64,000 bases of DNA from Kudoa neothunni. Lineage: Eukaryota > Animalia > Cnidaria. The first letter of the stretch is position 1, and each line of letters begins with the position of its first letter. The notes beneath the pieces were generated by a model. The model did no database searches. It had not been told where the DNA came from and saw only the letters and a program-made list of their open reading frames with translations. Below are positions 27,650 to 40,004 of this stretch, one piece after another. The stretch is from the NCBI GenBank assembly GCA_964304625.1, contig OZ199839.1, forward strand, positions 7,897,166-7,961,165, written 5' to 3'. The translations under genes were made by a program, and so were the position numbers.

Positions 27650-29368
27650 GACACCTAAAAAACACCCTTCTGCGCGTCTTTTTTCGCCAATTCTTTCACG
27701 ATTGTTTTTAATAAAATATAAGAATACCGAATGGAAGTATTCAGCTATTTATGGTGACATCTAATATTGGTGCAAAATCCCGAGTATAACACCGTCGGCA
27801 CACCTTAAATCTTCGTTATATTCACAACAACCAATGAAAACCCACTTTATTTTTCGCACATTAACTTCTACATTTATTATACATATTAATAAAAATAATC
27901 ATCTTTATCATTTTTATTTTATCGACTATAAATCTTTAAATAAATGTACAATAAATTTTGACTTTTTGTAGTTTATGTAGTTTTTTGGTTAATGTATTTG
28001 AGTTATGAAAAAAGTTATAATCATTTTATCGTCTAACTTTTATCATGAAATTTTTCTAGCGACAATATAATGAATCTTCAATATTTATTTTATTTGATAT
28101 CTGTCAAAAAATCGTTTAAACAATTAATTTGGGAAGAATAATTTAAACTAATGTTAATTATACAAAATTAAAGAATCAGCGTAAATAAGAATTTATTAAT
28201 ACATTATCAAACATATATAGCACACTTTATTTCTTTTTTAAATATATTTAGCCTTTTAATTTGATGTTCAATTTGTTCACATATTTTTAAAAATAACGAT
28301 TATATGTTATAAAGTACTTAAACTTGAAGAAAATATATAAATACGACGTTTGTTTAATTTGATATGGTATTTTACGATTTTACTAGCTGGTATATCATTA
28401 TATTATACAAAATTAAACTTTAATTCTCTATTTTGGCTGTCTTCCAAAAATCTCTCTTTAAATACTAGCCCCAATTATTTTTGCACTTTCCGTAAAGAAG
28501 CTTCTCATCAATCTCAATAACAGACTCATTGCCACCTAATGGTTTTTGCAGAAGAAAATTAGAAGCGCAAATATTTCTTATTTTGTTTAACCACGTTCCC
28601 GCTGTTGTGTGGTTGCATTAATATTTTCGAAGGCAGATCAAATAATTTCATCCATGCTCCAATTGGAAATAATTTTATATTTTTTGTTCATTGTTATATT
28701 TGAGGAGGGAGAAACAAACTTAAACCTGAAAAGAGAGTTTCAACTCGAGTAGATACCTTAGTTTTGGTTTTACATCTTCGAATTGTGAGACTAGTACTTA
28801 GATATAAAATAATTACTTTTTACTACAATAACTGAATAATATACATAATTCATTTCATGCCATTTAATTTTAGGCATCGGCCTCTGAGCTTTCAAATTCC
28901 TTTGGGTGAGGAAAAAACAATTGAAGTTGTAACAATCGTTACACCTAAAAGGAAGAGGAAGCAGACATTCTTTCTCTACAAGTATATTAAACAATTTAAT
29001 GGGATTATTAATCAATAAAAAAATGGGCATCGTTAATAAAACTCAAAGAACTTGTTTCTTGTACGCGCGGGAAATTTGATAAACTATTCGCTTATATATT
29101 TTAAATTTGATTATTAAAATGAAACAACGCATTCAAATATATGTGGAAGCTAATGTGTGCACAATAACGTGGGTTTTCAATGGATATTGGAAATTTAACG
29201 AAGATTTCAGGTGTGCCTACGGTGTGTTGTATTCGGGATTTTGTACCAAAATTAGATGTTATCATAATTAGCTGAATATTTCCTCTCGGTATTCTTTTAT
29301 TTTATGATAGCATTCACAAAAGAATTGGCGGACAAAAACGACGCACAAAAGGGTGTTTTTTAGGTGCC
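27650..29368 (-). mobile_element. Merlin element with ~200-bp imperfect TIRs, decayed and internally deleted transposase
   Basis: 27650-27850 is the inverted copy of 29165-29368 (GaCACCTAAAAAACACCCTT.. / ..AAGGGTGTTTTTTAGGTGCC). Minus-strand KPLGGNESVIEIDEK near 28500-28550. No TSD visible. Confidence 0.8.
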
Positions 29369-29369
29369 A

Positions 29370-30410
29370 CGGTTTACCATATTACCGGGCGAAGGTAGTC
29401 GGATTATGGCTTGAAAATTGGTAGAGGTGGGTTTTGGATTTTTCTAAGACCAGTGAAATTATCGTCAAGCTTGTAAGTGTGATGGATTAGAAGATCATAA
29501 ATTCAAGGGTGTTGTTGGCCACGTGAATTTTTTCTGATTGATGGGTGGTTGAATGTACCTAAATAAGAATATTGATGTGGTTATTCAAACTTACATGTTG
29601 GTTGGAGTCATTATTTGGAGATTTGGGTTGGTGTGATCTCTGAAATCAAACTTTCTCTTTTGGGGGAGGGAAAAGTGTAAACGTTAGGGATTCTGATAGA
29701 TTGTGCCCTATTACGTTGTTGGTGGTCGTGGGAAAGGTCGTATACTCCGAGTTGTAGATATAGCACGCCCAGTTGAATCGTTCAACGATATGTTTGGAAG
29801 ATTTTCATTATTGTATTGGATAGGTTGAATATTCCTGTTGGCGAAATTGGGCGCTGTTTTGTGAAAAAACGCCCCTATCTTTCTATACTTGAAAAAGGCA
29901 ATACATGGGATCCGTACCGGGAATAGTCAGTGCATTTGAACCGGGACTAGGATCAATGGCGGGTGGTAAATCTTGCGGACAAATTGTCTGGATTGATCAA
30001 TTCCATTCGCTTGGAGGTCGGTTGTAGGCTGATCGTTGTCATCGATTTCTAATGGTTTCAAACGGAACCAAGACTAAGATTTTGTTATCATCCTTTTGAT
30101 TGTTCTTTGATCATATCCCAAACTTATGAATTTTCCCCTTAGCAGATTCACAAAGATGTCCGCCATTAGAGGGTGTTAATGTGCAGAATTTGTGGGGATA
30201 TGATCGCTCTCTTTGTGGAATGCGGGTTCAATGAAGTAGAATGGATGGCACTGAATGAGTGGGTCAACTTGTAGTTGGCGGTATATAGTAATTTTTTAGA
30301 GTTTGATGTTTTTATGAAGTTTAGATCAAGAAAAGTGGCTGTGGAGTCTGTTTCCATCTCAATGCCAAGTTGGAATGTATGTTTACGTAATGTAAGTGAT
30401 TATTGGCTCC
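29370..30410 (-). pseudogene. Penelope-like retroelement, C-terminal RT/thumb fragment
   Basis: NIHSN..EMETDSTATFLDLNF..YKLTHS..IHSTSLNPHSTKRAII matches the PLE pattern FTxE...FLD...YxKPT..Y....S.HP...K..I. Relatively GC-rich. Confidence 0.65.
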
Positions 30411-33400
30411 CAGATTAGCATCGCATACTCAATGAAATTACTATAAATTGATGTAAAATTAAATTTAATATTCCAAATAGCATTTTTACGATAAGTATAT
30501 CTATCAATTAAGTTTCATTGAAGAAAATACTCAGAAACCTATTTAGACAAGAATAGAATCAAGATTTTCGTTATTACACTCGTGAAAAATGGTACTCATA
30601 CATAAACTAATATATTTATGAATTATTGGATTAATAAGGCTTAAATTTTCTATAAAAATATTAACATCATATTTACATATTCTGATGACTTAATTATGCG
30701 TTATATTGATCCCTTAAAATGCATCTAAAAATAATAGTGTTGAGATATATTTGATTCTTTTTGGGGCAATAATTAATAATTATTTATATCGGTCTGATAA
30801 TTTATTGATATTCGATCTCGATCGATTGATTCTTACTAATCGATTAGTTTACATAATGCGTAACAAACGAAAGTTCATTTAGCAAGCGGTAAAACAATTT
30901 GACAAAATTTGTATCGAAATACTATTTCAATTATGTTTACTATTTAAATAAGTTAAACTTTTGACGTTATTTCAAATGAATAAGTAAATAACTCCATCCG
31001 ATGTTCGAAAAAATATTAATCGTAATGGTATATTCTTAAACATGAAATTTACTTAATGTTGATTGTATATAAGACATCACAATCATCGTCGTCACCGTTT
31101 TAAACATATAACATCGTTATAGAATTTAATTTCAAAAACGATGCTTTAAATAAATCGATCTTATGATGGCCAATGCTGCCTACAAAAGGAATAGTACTTG
31201 TTCGATTGTCTACGAAATTAAAATTAAGATTTAATGTGTCATTACTCGTACTTGCAATAACAAAGTTTTGTATCCAGAAAAATCGTAAATAATTTTGAAA
31301 ATAATTCGAATAAGACTATTCATTTGTTGGGGAAATATTTTTATTCAGGTTTACAACTTTTGTTCTTTTATTTTTCTTTAAAAACTTTTTGCATTCGTTG
31401 CAACACCAATACATAGAATATGGGCTAGCACTGATATTTTAACATTTGAAATGACTCCATTCTATCTATATATCACAACCTATAGATGGTTCCATGTTCC
31501 CAATCGTGTTTTTACAGATCCTGCACCTATAGCCAGCAGCTTTTTTATTGTTTACAATAGTTTTAATATTATAAACGGCATCGTCAGTAAAATACGGAAA
31601 TATTTTTTCAATTTTAACCCATTGGTTAAGAAATACGTCATTTACATTGTCGGAAACAACCTCGACATCCTTTTCATTGATTTTTTCTTTATTAACCATA
31701 GCTTTTGTCACAATCTTTTTATGAATAAACCAACTCAGCATAGCTATCAATGATTTAAAAATTTATAATATACTCGAAATTTTTTGCTTTTCAGTTAAAT
31801 TCAAGAACGAACTCATGTGAACCTTAGATCTTTTTTACCAATTACAATCGTAGATGAACTTTTCGAGTGGCCTTTGTATTTAATTTTTGAAGGCAGAATT
31901 AATTCTACATTTTGAATAAAAAATGTGATTAACTACTACGTTACTTGCAAGTTGATTATTTTCTTCAAATATTGTAGATGTTTTTCACCATTATTGGATT
32001 TTTCTCTATAACTAGAATAAATATTTAAACAGGGATTCCGTTTTACTCTTGTTGAATTTCTTTTATAGATCAATGATATAATTCTGAATCTAAAAACATC
32101 TAAACTAATATTGCATTATATTATATAGAAAAATACTTTTAGACATAGTGATGTTTTCACTTGAGTTTGTTGAAACCTCACATTTTGAGTCATCATCGCT
32201 GTCGTTTTATCATTATTTTTCCATTATTTCAACGCATTCCACAAACTGTTTCAGCATATCTATCCAATAATTGTATTCAAAGCCTGTTTTTTCTGAGATT
32301 CTAGCAGCGACGGTTTTATTAACCTAGAAGCTTCAATAAAATTTTTCTGTTCTGAATATTAAACATTCTTGGATAAAGAACTGAAAGTAATCGAATCGCT
32401 TCCAAAGTCGACATCTTTTTTTTGCAAACATTTTCGTGTAGTCTGGGATTTTCAATAAAGTAATTTTTCGTCCATCTCCTGGAACATAAAGATTTATCAT
32501 TAGAAGACATTAAAACTGTCTGGAAAAGTTTTATCACCGATGTTTTCTAGCAATGGATGAACTTTAACATATTCATTTTAAACCATTTGAAATGGGTATT
32601 TGGTTAAATAATTATAATACTCGATTATGCCACGGTCCACGAATTTTTGAGGAGTCTTTAAAATTTCTTGAACAGCCTTATTATCATTCTCCATTCTTGA
32701 AGTATTTATGTAAACCAGAAACTTCTTGAAAAATTCTGAAAAATTCTTCAAAAGTAGAAAACAATGGAATCACTTGTTTCATTTTGGAATTGACACATTC
32801 AATTCTGTTATTGGTAAAATTTAAGAACATTCCATCGTATCTCCGTAAACCAATAACCCATTAATCTTTGACGGTATGCCAATTATTTTTAAAATATCGA
32901 TAAACGTTTTCTCCAACGTTATCCTTAAATTGTTATTTTATAGAATTTATTCATCATTGTATTTGACGTATGAGATATTTTATAGGTAAAAGAATGAAAT
33001 TCCTTTTTCCTTAGAATTAATGTTCAATCTCTCCACGTTTATTTCACTCCACCATGTCTTTATCTATCTTAAAAATTTTAATCTCGTTTTCTACAACTGA
33101 GTTATGCTTTTTAATTGTTTTAATAAACCATGGCAGTATTTCCTCAGTTTCTTCAGTGAGGATTCCTGTTGCCACAATCTCGCTCATTCCTCTTCCATCC
33201 ATTACTACAAGAAAATAAACTGGAGCCTTACAGTTTAATAATTTATATGTGGCGTCAACAAATATTGGTTCGGCTAATCTTTTAGACGTTCTTTCATGTC
33301 GAAATCTTGATAAAATAGTCCCTTAGAATTATTTTTACCTTCTAACACTTCAATCAATACACCAGGCTTATTTTTTATAGTGTTAACAGAAAATCAAGTG

Positions 33401-34340
33401 TGGTTGACTGGGATTTAATTGAATATTTAATGTTTCTTGGATTTTTCAATGAAACGTATTTCCCTTCTCCCTCAAAATTTTTCTTGAATTGCCTTTGAAT
33501 TACGGTCGACTTCAACAACCTGTGTAATATATATAATCTCTTCATTATTAAGTTTCTTTGTCTTTGACAAAAATTTTTGGGATAAACTAAGAGAATTGTG
33601 ATTATGTGATAAATCAAGAGATTTTAACACAAGGTTTTTCCCTTCGGTGTCAGTTAGAAACCTTAACAACATTGGGCATCCCTTATAATAAAAGTTCGTA
33701 TTTCGTTGGCCAGTTGATCGCTTTCTCTAAAGTAATAAAACCAATAAATAACTTAACAATTAAATAAAAATATTTCTAAAGACAAAACAATAAATAACAT
33801 TAAATGAATGAATAGTTAATAAAATAATTGACCCTGTTTCCAATGTGAATACAACAATATTTTAATTGATAATATATTAATAATGGATTTAATATGGACA
33901 TAGTATATTTATCGCTTAATTCCAACTGCTCTATTTTCCACTTTAACTCTTCAAAGCTATACTAATCGTATCAGCAACGTTAAAAAACCATTATCGTTAG
34001 TGTTAACATCGTGATTGCTTTCACCACCTTCGTTGCTGTCCATTGCGTACGAATAACCACGCTACATGAAATACAAGGTTCATAGAATTCATCGCCATTG
34101 TTTAATCTGTATCCTATCACCATATTAAATTATTCACAAATTTCCGCGGTAACATATAAGCTAAATTAATAATATTTGAAAAAGATAATCACGCTGTGCT
34201 GATAACAATTCCCAACTAGAGCGACTCGAATATTAAAAATATGTTTCTAAACGGTGTAATTTAACAATTAGGAAATAAAAATTCCAATTTTACCTTTTTG
34301 AATATTACAAAATCGCGGAACGATCGTAAAACTGATCTGT
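30410..34340 (-). mobile_element. Mutator/MULE element remnant (FAR1/WRKY-like, DDE, C-terminal PHD finger); ends approximate
   Basis: GCPMLLRF..LDLSHNH, IFVDATYKLLNCKAPVYFLVVMDGRGMSEIVATGIL, TNNRIECVNSKMK, and CRICK..SIGCDI..WSHFKC..WCCNEC. Many stops. Confidence 0.8.
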
Positions 34341-34620
34341 CGGGTCAAAAGTCACTGCCTTGAGTAATTGCTGGAATGACCTGTGTTCACAAATTGTTGG
34401 TGGATTTTGTTCATTACAATGGATGTAGAGTATATCATCCACGTATCTCCTATATATGACTGTGCCTTGGTGGTTGAACACGATCGCACCCGCGTCTAGT
34501 AAGTAGAGGTTTGCAAGGAGGGGAGATGGATGTGCTCATAAAGATTCCCTTCGTTTGGATAAATGCTTTATTGTCCAACTTGAACAATTAGCGGGCTGAA
34601 CCTTGGTATAGGATCCCCCA
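34340..34620 (-). pseudogene. Penelope-like RT, catalytic core fragment
   Basis: FKLDNKAFIQTKGIFMSTSISP..LANLYL followed by RRYVDDIL (about 34430-34455). Confidence 0.75.
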
Positions 34621-35035
34621 ATCCAAAGCCACATATGAAGTATTCAAATCGTCTTCAGAAAAACGTATGTTTCTTCCGTTAAGGAAATTTTACATCATTT
34701 TCTAATAAAAAGGACCTTTTATTAGTCTTTTTTAAATAAAGTTAAATAAAACGGGAATTCTGGAGCATGTTGCCCCTCAATTTTTATCGTTTTTTGCTGT
34801 TTTATGTCGAAAGTGGTCCCAAAAATTTTATTTGCTCCCCTCCTCTAGAGCCTGGGGTGAATCAAAATTTTTTCCAAAATGTTAAAAATAAATTTTTCAC
34901 CCAATCTCATACATGACTGCATGGTGTAAAATAATCCCCATCATGCATCGACGGATTAAGGGGCTTACATTAAACGAGACTTCAATTGGTGACTTAGTTC
35001 GAAGTTTACATTTGTGCATATAAAGGATTCTTGGG

Positions 35036-36780
35036 GGTCAAATTTCAGTTCCTCCTTCGGCGCCCACCGGTTTTCCACCATCGGTAAGAATCAGCGCCCG
35101 TTTCATAATATATAAATCCAATAAAGTCTAGTTTATTTTAATTATTCGTAATTAAACATAATTTATGAACTATAAAATAAGGTGTCAATTTATGTGCGCA
35201 ACAAAATAATATGATACAAGTTATTAAATGTTTTTATCTTAAAATTTGAAAATTATATATAAATGCATATTTTTAATAGTATTATAGATATTACTGAATA
35301 ATTATGGATTTTATTTGTTTTTTTTATACAAATGATAGATATACCGTTATAAAATCTAATGTAAGATTACATTTTACAGATGAATAGTAAATATTTTTTA
35401 TATTTTACAATATGTCCTTTTGAAATAAATTTTAAACTTAAACATGTCGACTTGTGAGATTTGTATCTTAATATAATTTTTAATAGTTTTTAGACGGATT
35501 AAAATCACTTATCATGCCATTTTTTTAATTATAACCTAGTGACTCAAAGTTAATGTAAAATAATCTGTCTTTTAGCTTAAGTTTTGGAAGATTTTGCTAT
35601 TTGATACAAAAATATTGATTATTTTATAAATGTGTACATAATCATTCCAAAAAATAATAGGTTAACATTTAACACTAATTAAAATAAACTTAACAACGCC
35701 GTAATTTACTATAGATATTTATTCATCGACGATTCGAAAAAGACATAATTATATAAATTTTTACAATAAAACAAAAGCTACAAAATATAAATGTGTTTAA
35801 TTGCTTCTAAAAATTTAGAAAGAACACAATTCCTGTGGAGTCTTTTTAAATATCCGTTCGGCAATACAGGAAGTGCTCATTTCCTTTTTTTATTCATCAC
35901 CGAGCGATATTTCCGCTTAAAAGCGATCCGCAGTCCCTCAGTTCGATTGGTATGGACTCCTGTAGACGAGGCAAACTCCCTATCATGAATTACTGTCTCA
36001 TGACCGTATTCATAACTTAGCTCAGTGAGTGAACTATGAACTATAGGCAGGCCATCCATCTGTATGTATAACAGAAACCCTCACAACATGAGTGGTAATA
36101 ATATTTTCAACAGTGGGAGTGTCTTTCTTTTCGGTTTCCCCCATAAAAACTCTTCTATCCCCATCCACACCACCAACTATCTATAGACTTTGGTTTTGTA
36201 GGATTCTACCAACCCCAAACGTTCTCGTACAGATTTAACTTTCGTCTATTTGGACTTTTACGCCAGGGCCACCAACTCTATTTGGGTTACAAATAAAGTG
36301 ACTTAAACAAATGTCACGTATAAAATTTTTCTAATCCACAATAGCAGCGGAAGAATTGATACGGCATTCTTTCTTTAAGAAAGGTTGTTCCGTCGTTCCC
36401 ACGCCCCAAAAATATAAAATCTTTAATATTTGATACAGGGAAGTTGGGATTGGTAGAAAAACATATTCTTTCGTAGCGATAATTCCTTCTTACATGACTT
36501 GGAACTTTAGCCATCAGCAGCAATGTTCCTTGAGAAAGTTTCATTTGACCTCCATAGGAACAAACCATTAACGTTGGTAGCAAATCAAGTTTCTGTAAAA
36601 AAAATTAATCTTCGGGTGATCCTTGAAATAACACAAGTCTTCAAAATTTAGGTTACCTAAATTTTTGTAAGTGAAGATTGCAGGAAACATAATCCCAAAA
36701 ATGCAAACAACGGGAAACTCGATTATTACTGATGGCGGATAACCGGCCGGCGCCGAAAGGGGAAGAATTGAATTTTAGCC
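35036..36780 (-). mobile_element. Merlin element inserted in the Penelope-like RT
   Basis: ~58-bp imperfect TIRs (35036-35092, 36721-36780) with GG/CC termini. Motifs NRVGGPGVKVQIDES, VGGVDG, HETVIH.REF..STGVHTNRTEGL. Confidence 0.85.
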
Positions 36781-37230
36781 AAAAATGAGATAGTTTTGCT
36801 GAGTTTGTTGTGGTTAGTTCGGAGAAACAGATCGCAAACATCAGCTGTAATTAATTTGGCACTTGATGGAATCTCTAGCAGTTCGATGTATTTTAGTAAG
36901 TCGTTGTAGGAATTGAGGATTTGTGGTTGCTTCATTACCTCTTGGTGCAATGCTATTTCCACCTTGGAGTATAAACCTGCATTAATTGTGCGGGCTCGTA
37001 CGATGATATAGCGTCCTGGTAGGGTGGCGTCATGATTCCGTTTAGAGCGTTCTTTGTTAGTCATTGGGAGGCAATAGAATTTTTTTACTTTTTTGCTGTC
37101 TTTTGTTATCGGTTATGGATGTGAATATTGGTTGCTTAGAAGACAGAGTAGAGTTACCCTCAAATCATTCTCTGGATTTAATGCGTTCCCGTATTTGTTT
37201 TTTATATACAGTAGAGAGGAAAATCCATAT
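36781..37230 (-). pseudogene. Penelope-like RT, N-terminal fragment
   Basis: KFYCLP..NK..PGRYII (like FYxLPKIHK..PGRPIVS) and ILNSYNDLL..IPSSAKLITADV.DLF, cut off by the Merlin TIR. Confidence 0.75.
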
Positions 37231-37232
37231 TC

Positions 37233-38922
37233 TTATAACCAGGTGGTGACACATGGGACCATGATGTCAAGCGCTTTTTTAAGTAAATTTACATCCGCCA
37301 TATTTTCTAGTTTGAAGGCAAAGGAATTAACGATCCACGTTTCTGACTCTTCAAGCACTTCGGTGACAAAGTAACCAATAAAAGATTGAGTTAATGAACA
37401 CAGATGACGACAAATATCTTCTTCAACTTTTAAAGAAAACGGTTGTTCATTTTTATTAATTATTTCTTCTAATGAAGAGAAATCGGAAAAAATTTTCTGT
37501 TTAATACGTTTGCTCCAATGTGAAAGTTTATTTTTTAAGGCACAAAGTTTTTCACATGCAGTAATTGTATTCATTTTTTTACCTTGAATTAAATAATTCA
37601 AGTCGTTTAAATGCTGAGATATATCATCTAGCTTAGCTAAGTAGAAACTGAAGTTTGAAACCTCGAAGATATCAGCAAGACCACAATTCTCTTGCAATAA
37701 AAACTGACGAATCTCTTTCTCAGCTCAAAAATTCTGGACAAAACTTTACCGCGAGAAATCCACCTAACTTTAGTATGAAATAATAAGACAGCAGTATTAG
37801 TGTCTGTTATGTATTTAAAACTGCGCCAGAGAAGACAGCAATGAACAGAACCGAACAACGTGTTACAGAAAGGGAACGATTGGTATTAATCACTGAATAT
37901 TAGCAACTACGTGACAGTGTCGAAATCGCTACAAAAAGCCTTAAACTGTGTATTATTGATTGCCCTACCTCTAATAAAATTCACAATTTTGACACAATAA
38001 TCAAGAACTTTTTCAAAAGTAAGAGGTAGTGTTTTTGACGTTAGAGCGTGGCGATGAAGAATGCAGTGAGTCGATTTAACTTCTGGGACTTTATTTTTGG
38101 CAAGTGCCACCAAACCGGAATGGCATCCCAACTTGTTAGGAGCGCTATCCGTACATACCGACCCTATAACGTCAAAAGGAATTTCATTTTTGTCAAAAAG
38201 CTTTCCAACTCATGAGAAACATCCATTGCAGTTGCCGTCGTCTTCAATTCTTTACAGAATAAGAAATCTTCCTCGATAACACCACCTTTAATGTACCAAA
38301 CAAAAACAATAAGATAGCTACAATTTACAACGTCTGTGGTTTCACCCATTTGAATTGATATCTTAAATGGCGATGTTTTTCTGTCCGAAACTACCTGATT
38401 TAGTATATCAACACTGATGTCATCGATTCTATTACTGATAACATTGTTTGATACGGGAATTTTTTGGTTATCTGCGGTTTCTTTCCCGAGAATGAGATTT
38501 GCACTTTCTTTCATACATGGCTTGATTAGGGTTTCCGCGATTGTGTGAGGTTTCCTCATTTTAGCAATCCCTTATGCGGTTTTAAAGGACGCCGTTAATA
38601 TCGGTTTCACATTCGAAGAAAATCCAAGCTTGGGAAGAGTTCCTCTTGCGTCAAAATGTATTTTTTCAGCCCTCAAGGACTCAAGGGCATTACCCGTTGC
38701 CGTACTTCCTCTATGTTTATTTTGAAAGTGGTCACCAAGCTTCGATGGTTTGAGGTTAGAATTCGCAAAGTTGGCACCGCAAAGTATACACTGTACTCTT
38801 TCTACTCCACTAATAACTACCTTGGTAAAACCATAAGCAGCATAGGTTTCTTTCCATTTTCTTATTTGCAGTTCGCTAGGCAGATCACAACGAACGATTT
38901 TTTCTAATGCGCTATAGATCAT
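37233..38922 (-). mobile_element. hAT (Buster/Charlie; ZBED5/ZBED8/SCAND3-like) transposase pseudogene
   Basis: YGFT..VQCILC..LKPSKLGDHFQNKH (BED finger), KPHTIAETLIKP, FLFCKELKTTATA, THCILHRHAL, LLFHTKVRWISRGKVLSRIFELR. Frameshifted; C-terminal dimerisation domain absent. Confidence 0.92.
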
Positions 38923-40004
38923 TAGACAGGGATGGAAAAGAATTAATTGCGATTATTACACTTACAAAAGAGATTCATTTAATCGTTAAAAATCCTTTGC
39001 TGTCGGTTTAGTCTTCTGGTTATAATAAAAATTTAACTGTTACAGAATATTTTTTAAATTTGAACGTTAAATTTCTATTTTTGGCGAACAACCAGTGAAT
39101 GCTTCAATTATTCCATGAAATGACGATAAAATTGTAATATATTTATTTTTTCCACACTGGGAGAATCTCAATAAACTGCGTTGTTATGTTCTTATGTTGT
39201 CAACGAGAAAATTCGGGACAGTTTTTATCTCCATCGCGCCATCTAAGAATTCAAAATTCCTAGGTTATCTAATATCGAAATAAGTTTGAAGCACATTTTA
39301 CTTAATTACGTTCGCTTATACTTCAAATTTTATTCGCTTCATTCATATTCGACGTATTTGTTGGTTTATCACTATTGGGTGGCTGCCCCATTTTGGGGAA
39401 TAATATTAAGGGTGATGAAATAACCTCAATGCCTGCCTTTAGCGCGGTATATTGACGAATAATATAAACCGATAGTTAATTTGCGTCGTTATAAAAAACA
39501 AGTGTTTTTATGGCTGCAAAAATTAATTTTATTAATAATAACACAAATACACATATCGACAGTCATCTTATATATATATATATATATTTAAGGACTATAA
39601 GGATAAAGTTTTTTTATACCAGCTTCGTTTAAAACATCTATAAAATCAATTCAATTAAATAAAATAAGTTATGTAGAGTTCAAAGTAAGGGTAATATATT
39701 TCAGCGTTTAAAACATTTTAGTATGTGACGATTGGGTGAATAAAAAGGGAATTCATGTTGCGTTTGATTGTGAAAAGTGTTCTCTAATCACTCCTATATT
39801 GAGAATATTAAATATAGAATAATATCAGTTCATCTTTAATATTTATGGAAAAATAAAATTTCTACTATAATTTTCATAAATCATAAATTTTACTTAGGTA
39901 AATATTAAGATATAGATGTTGTGGCGCACTGAAGACAATATAAAAAATATATATTTGTAAATAAATAATTCAATAAATTATTTTTTATAAAAATTGTGAT
40001 GATG

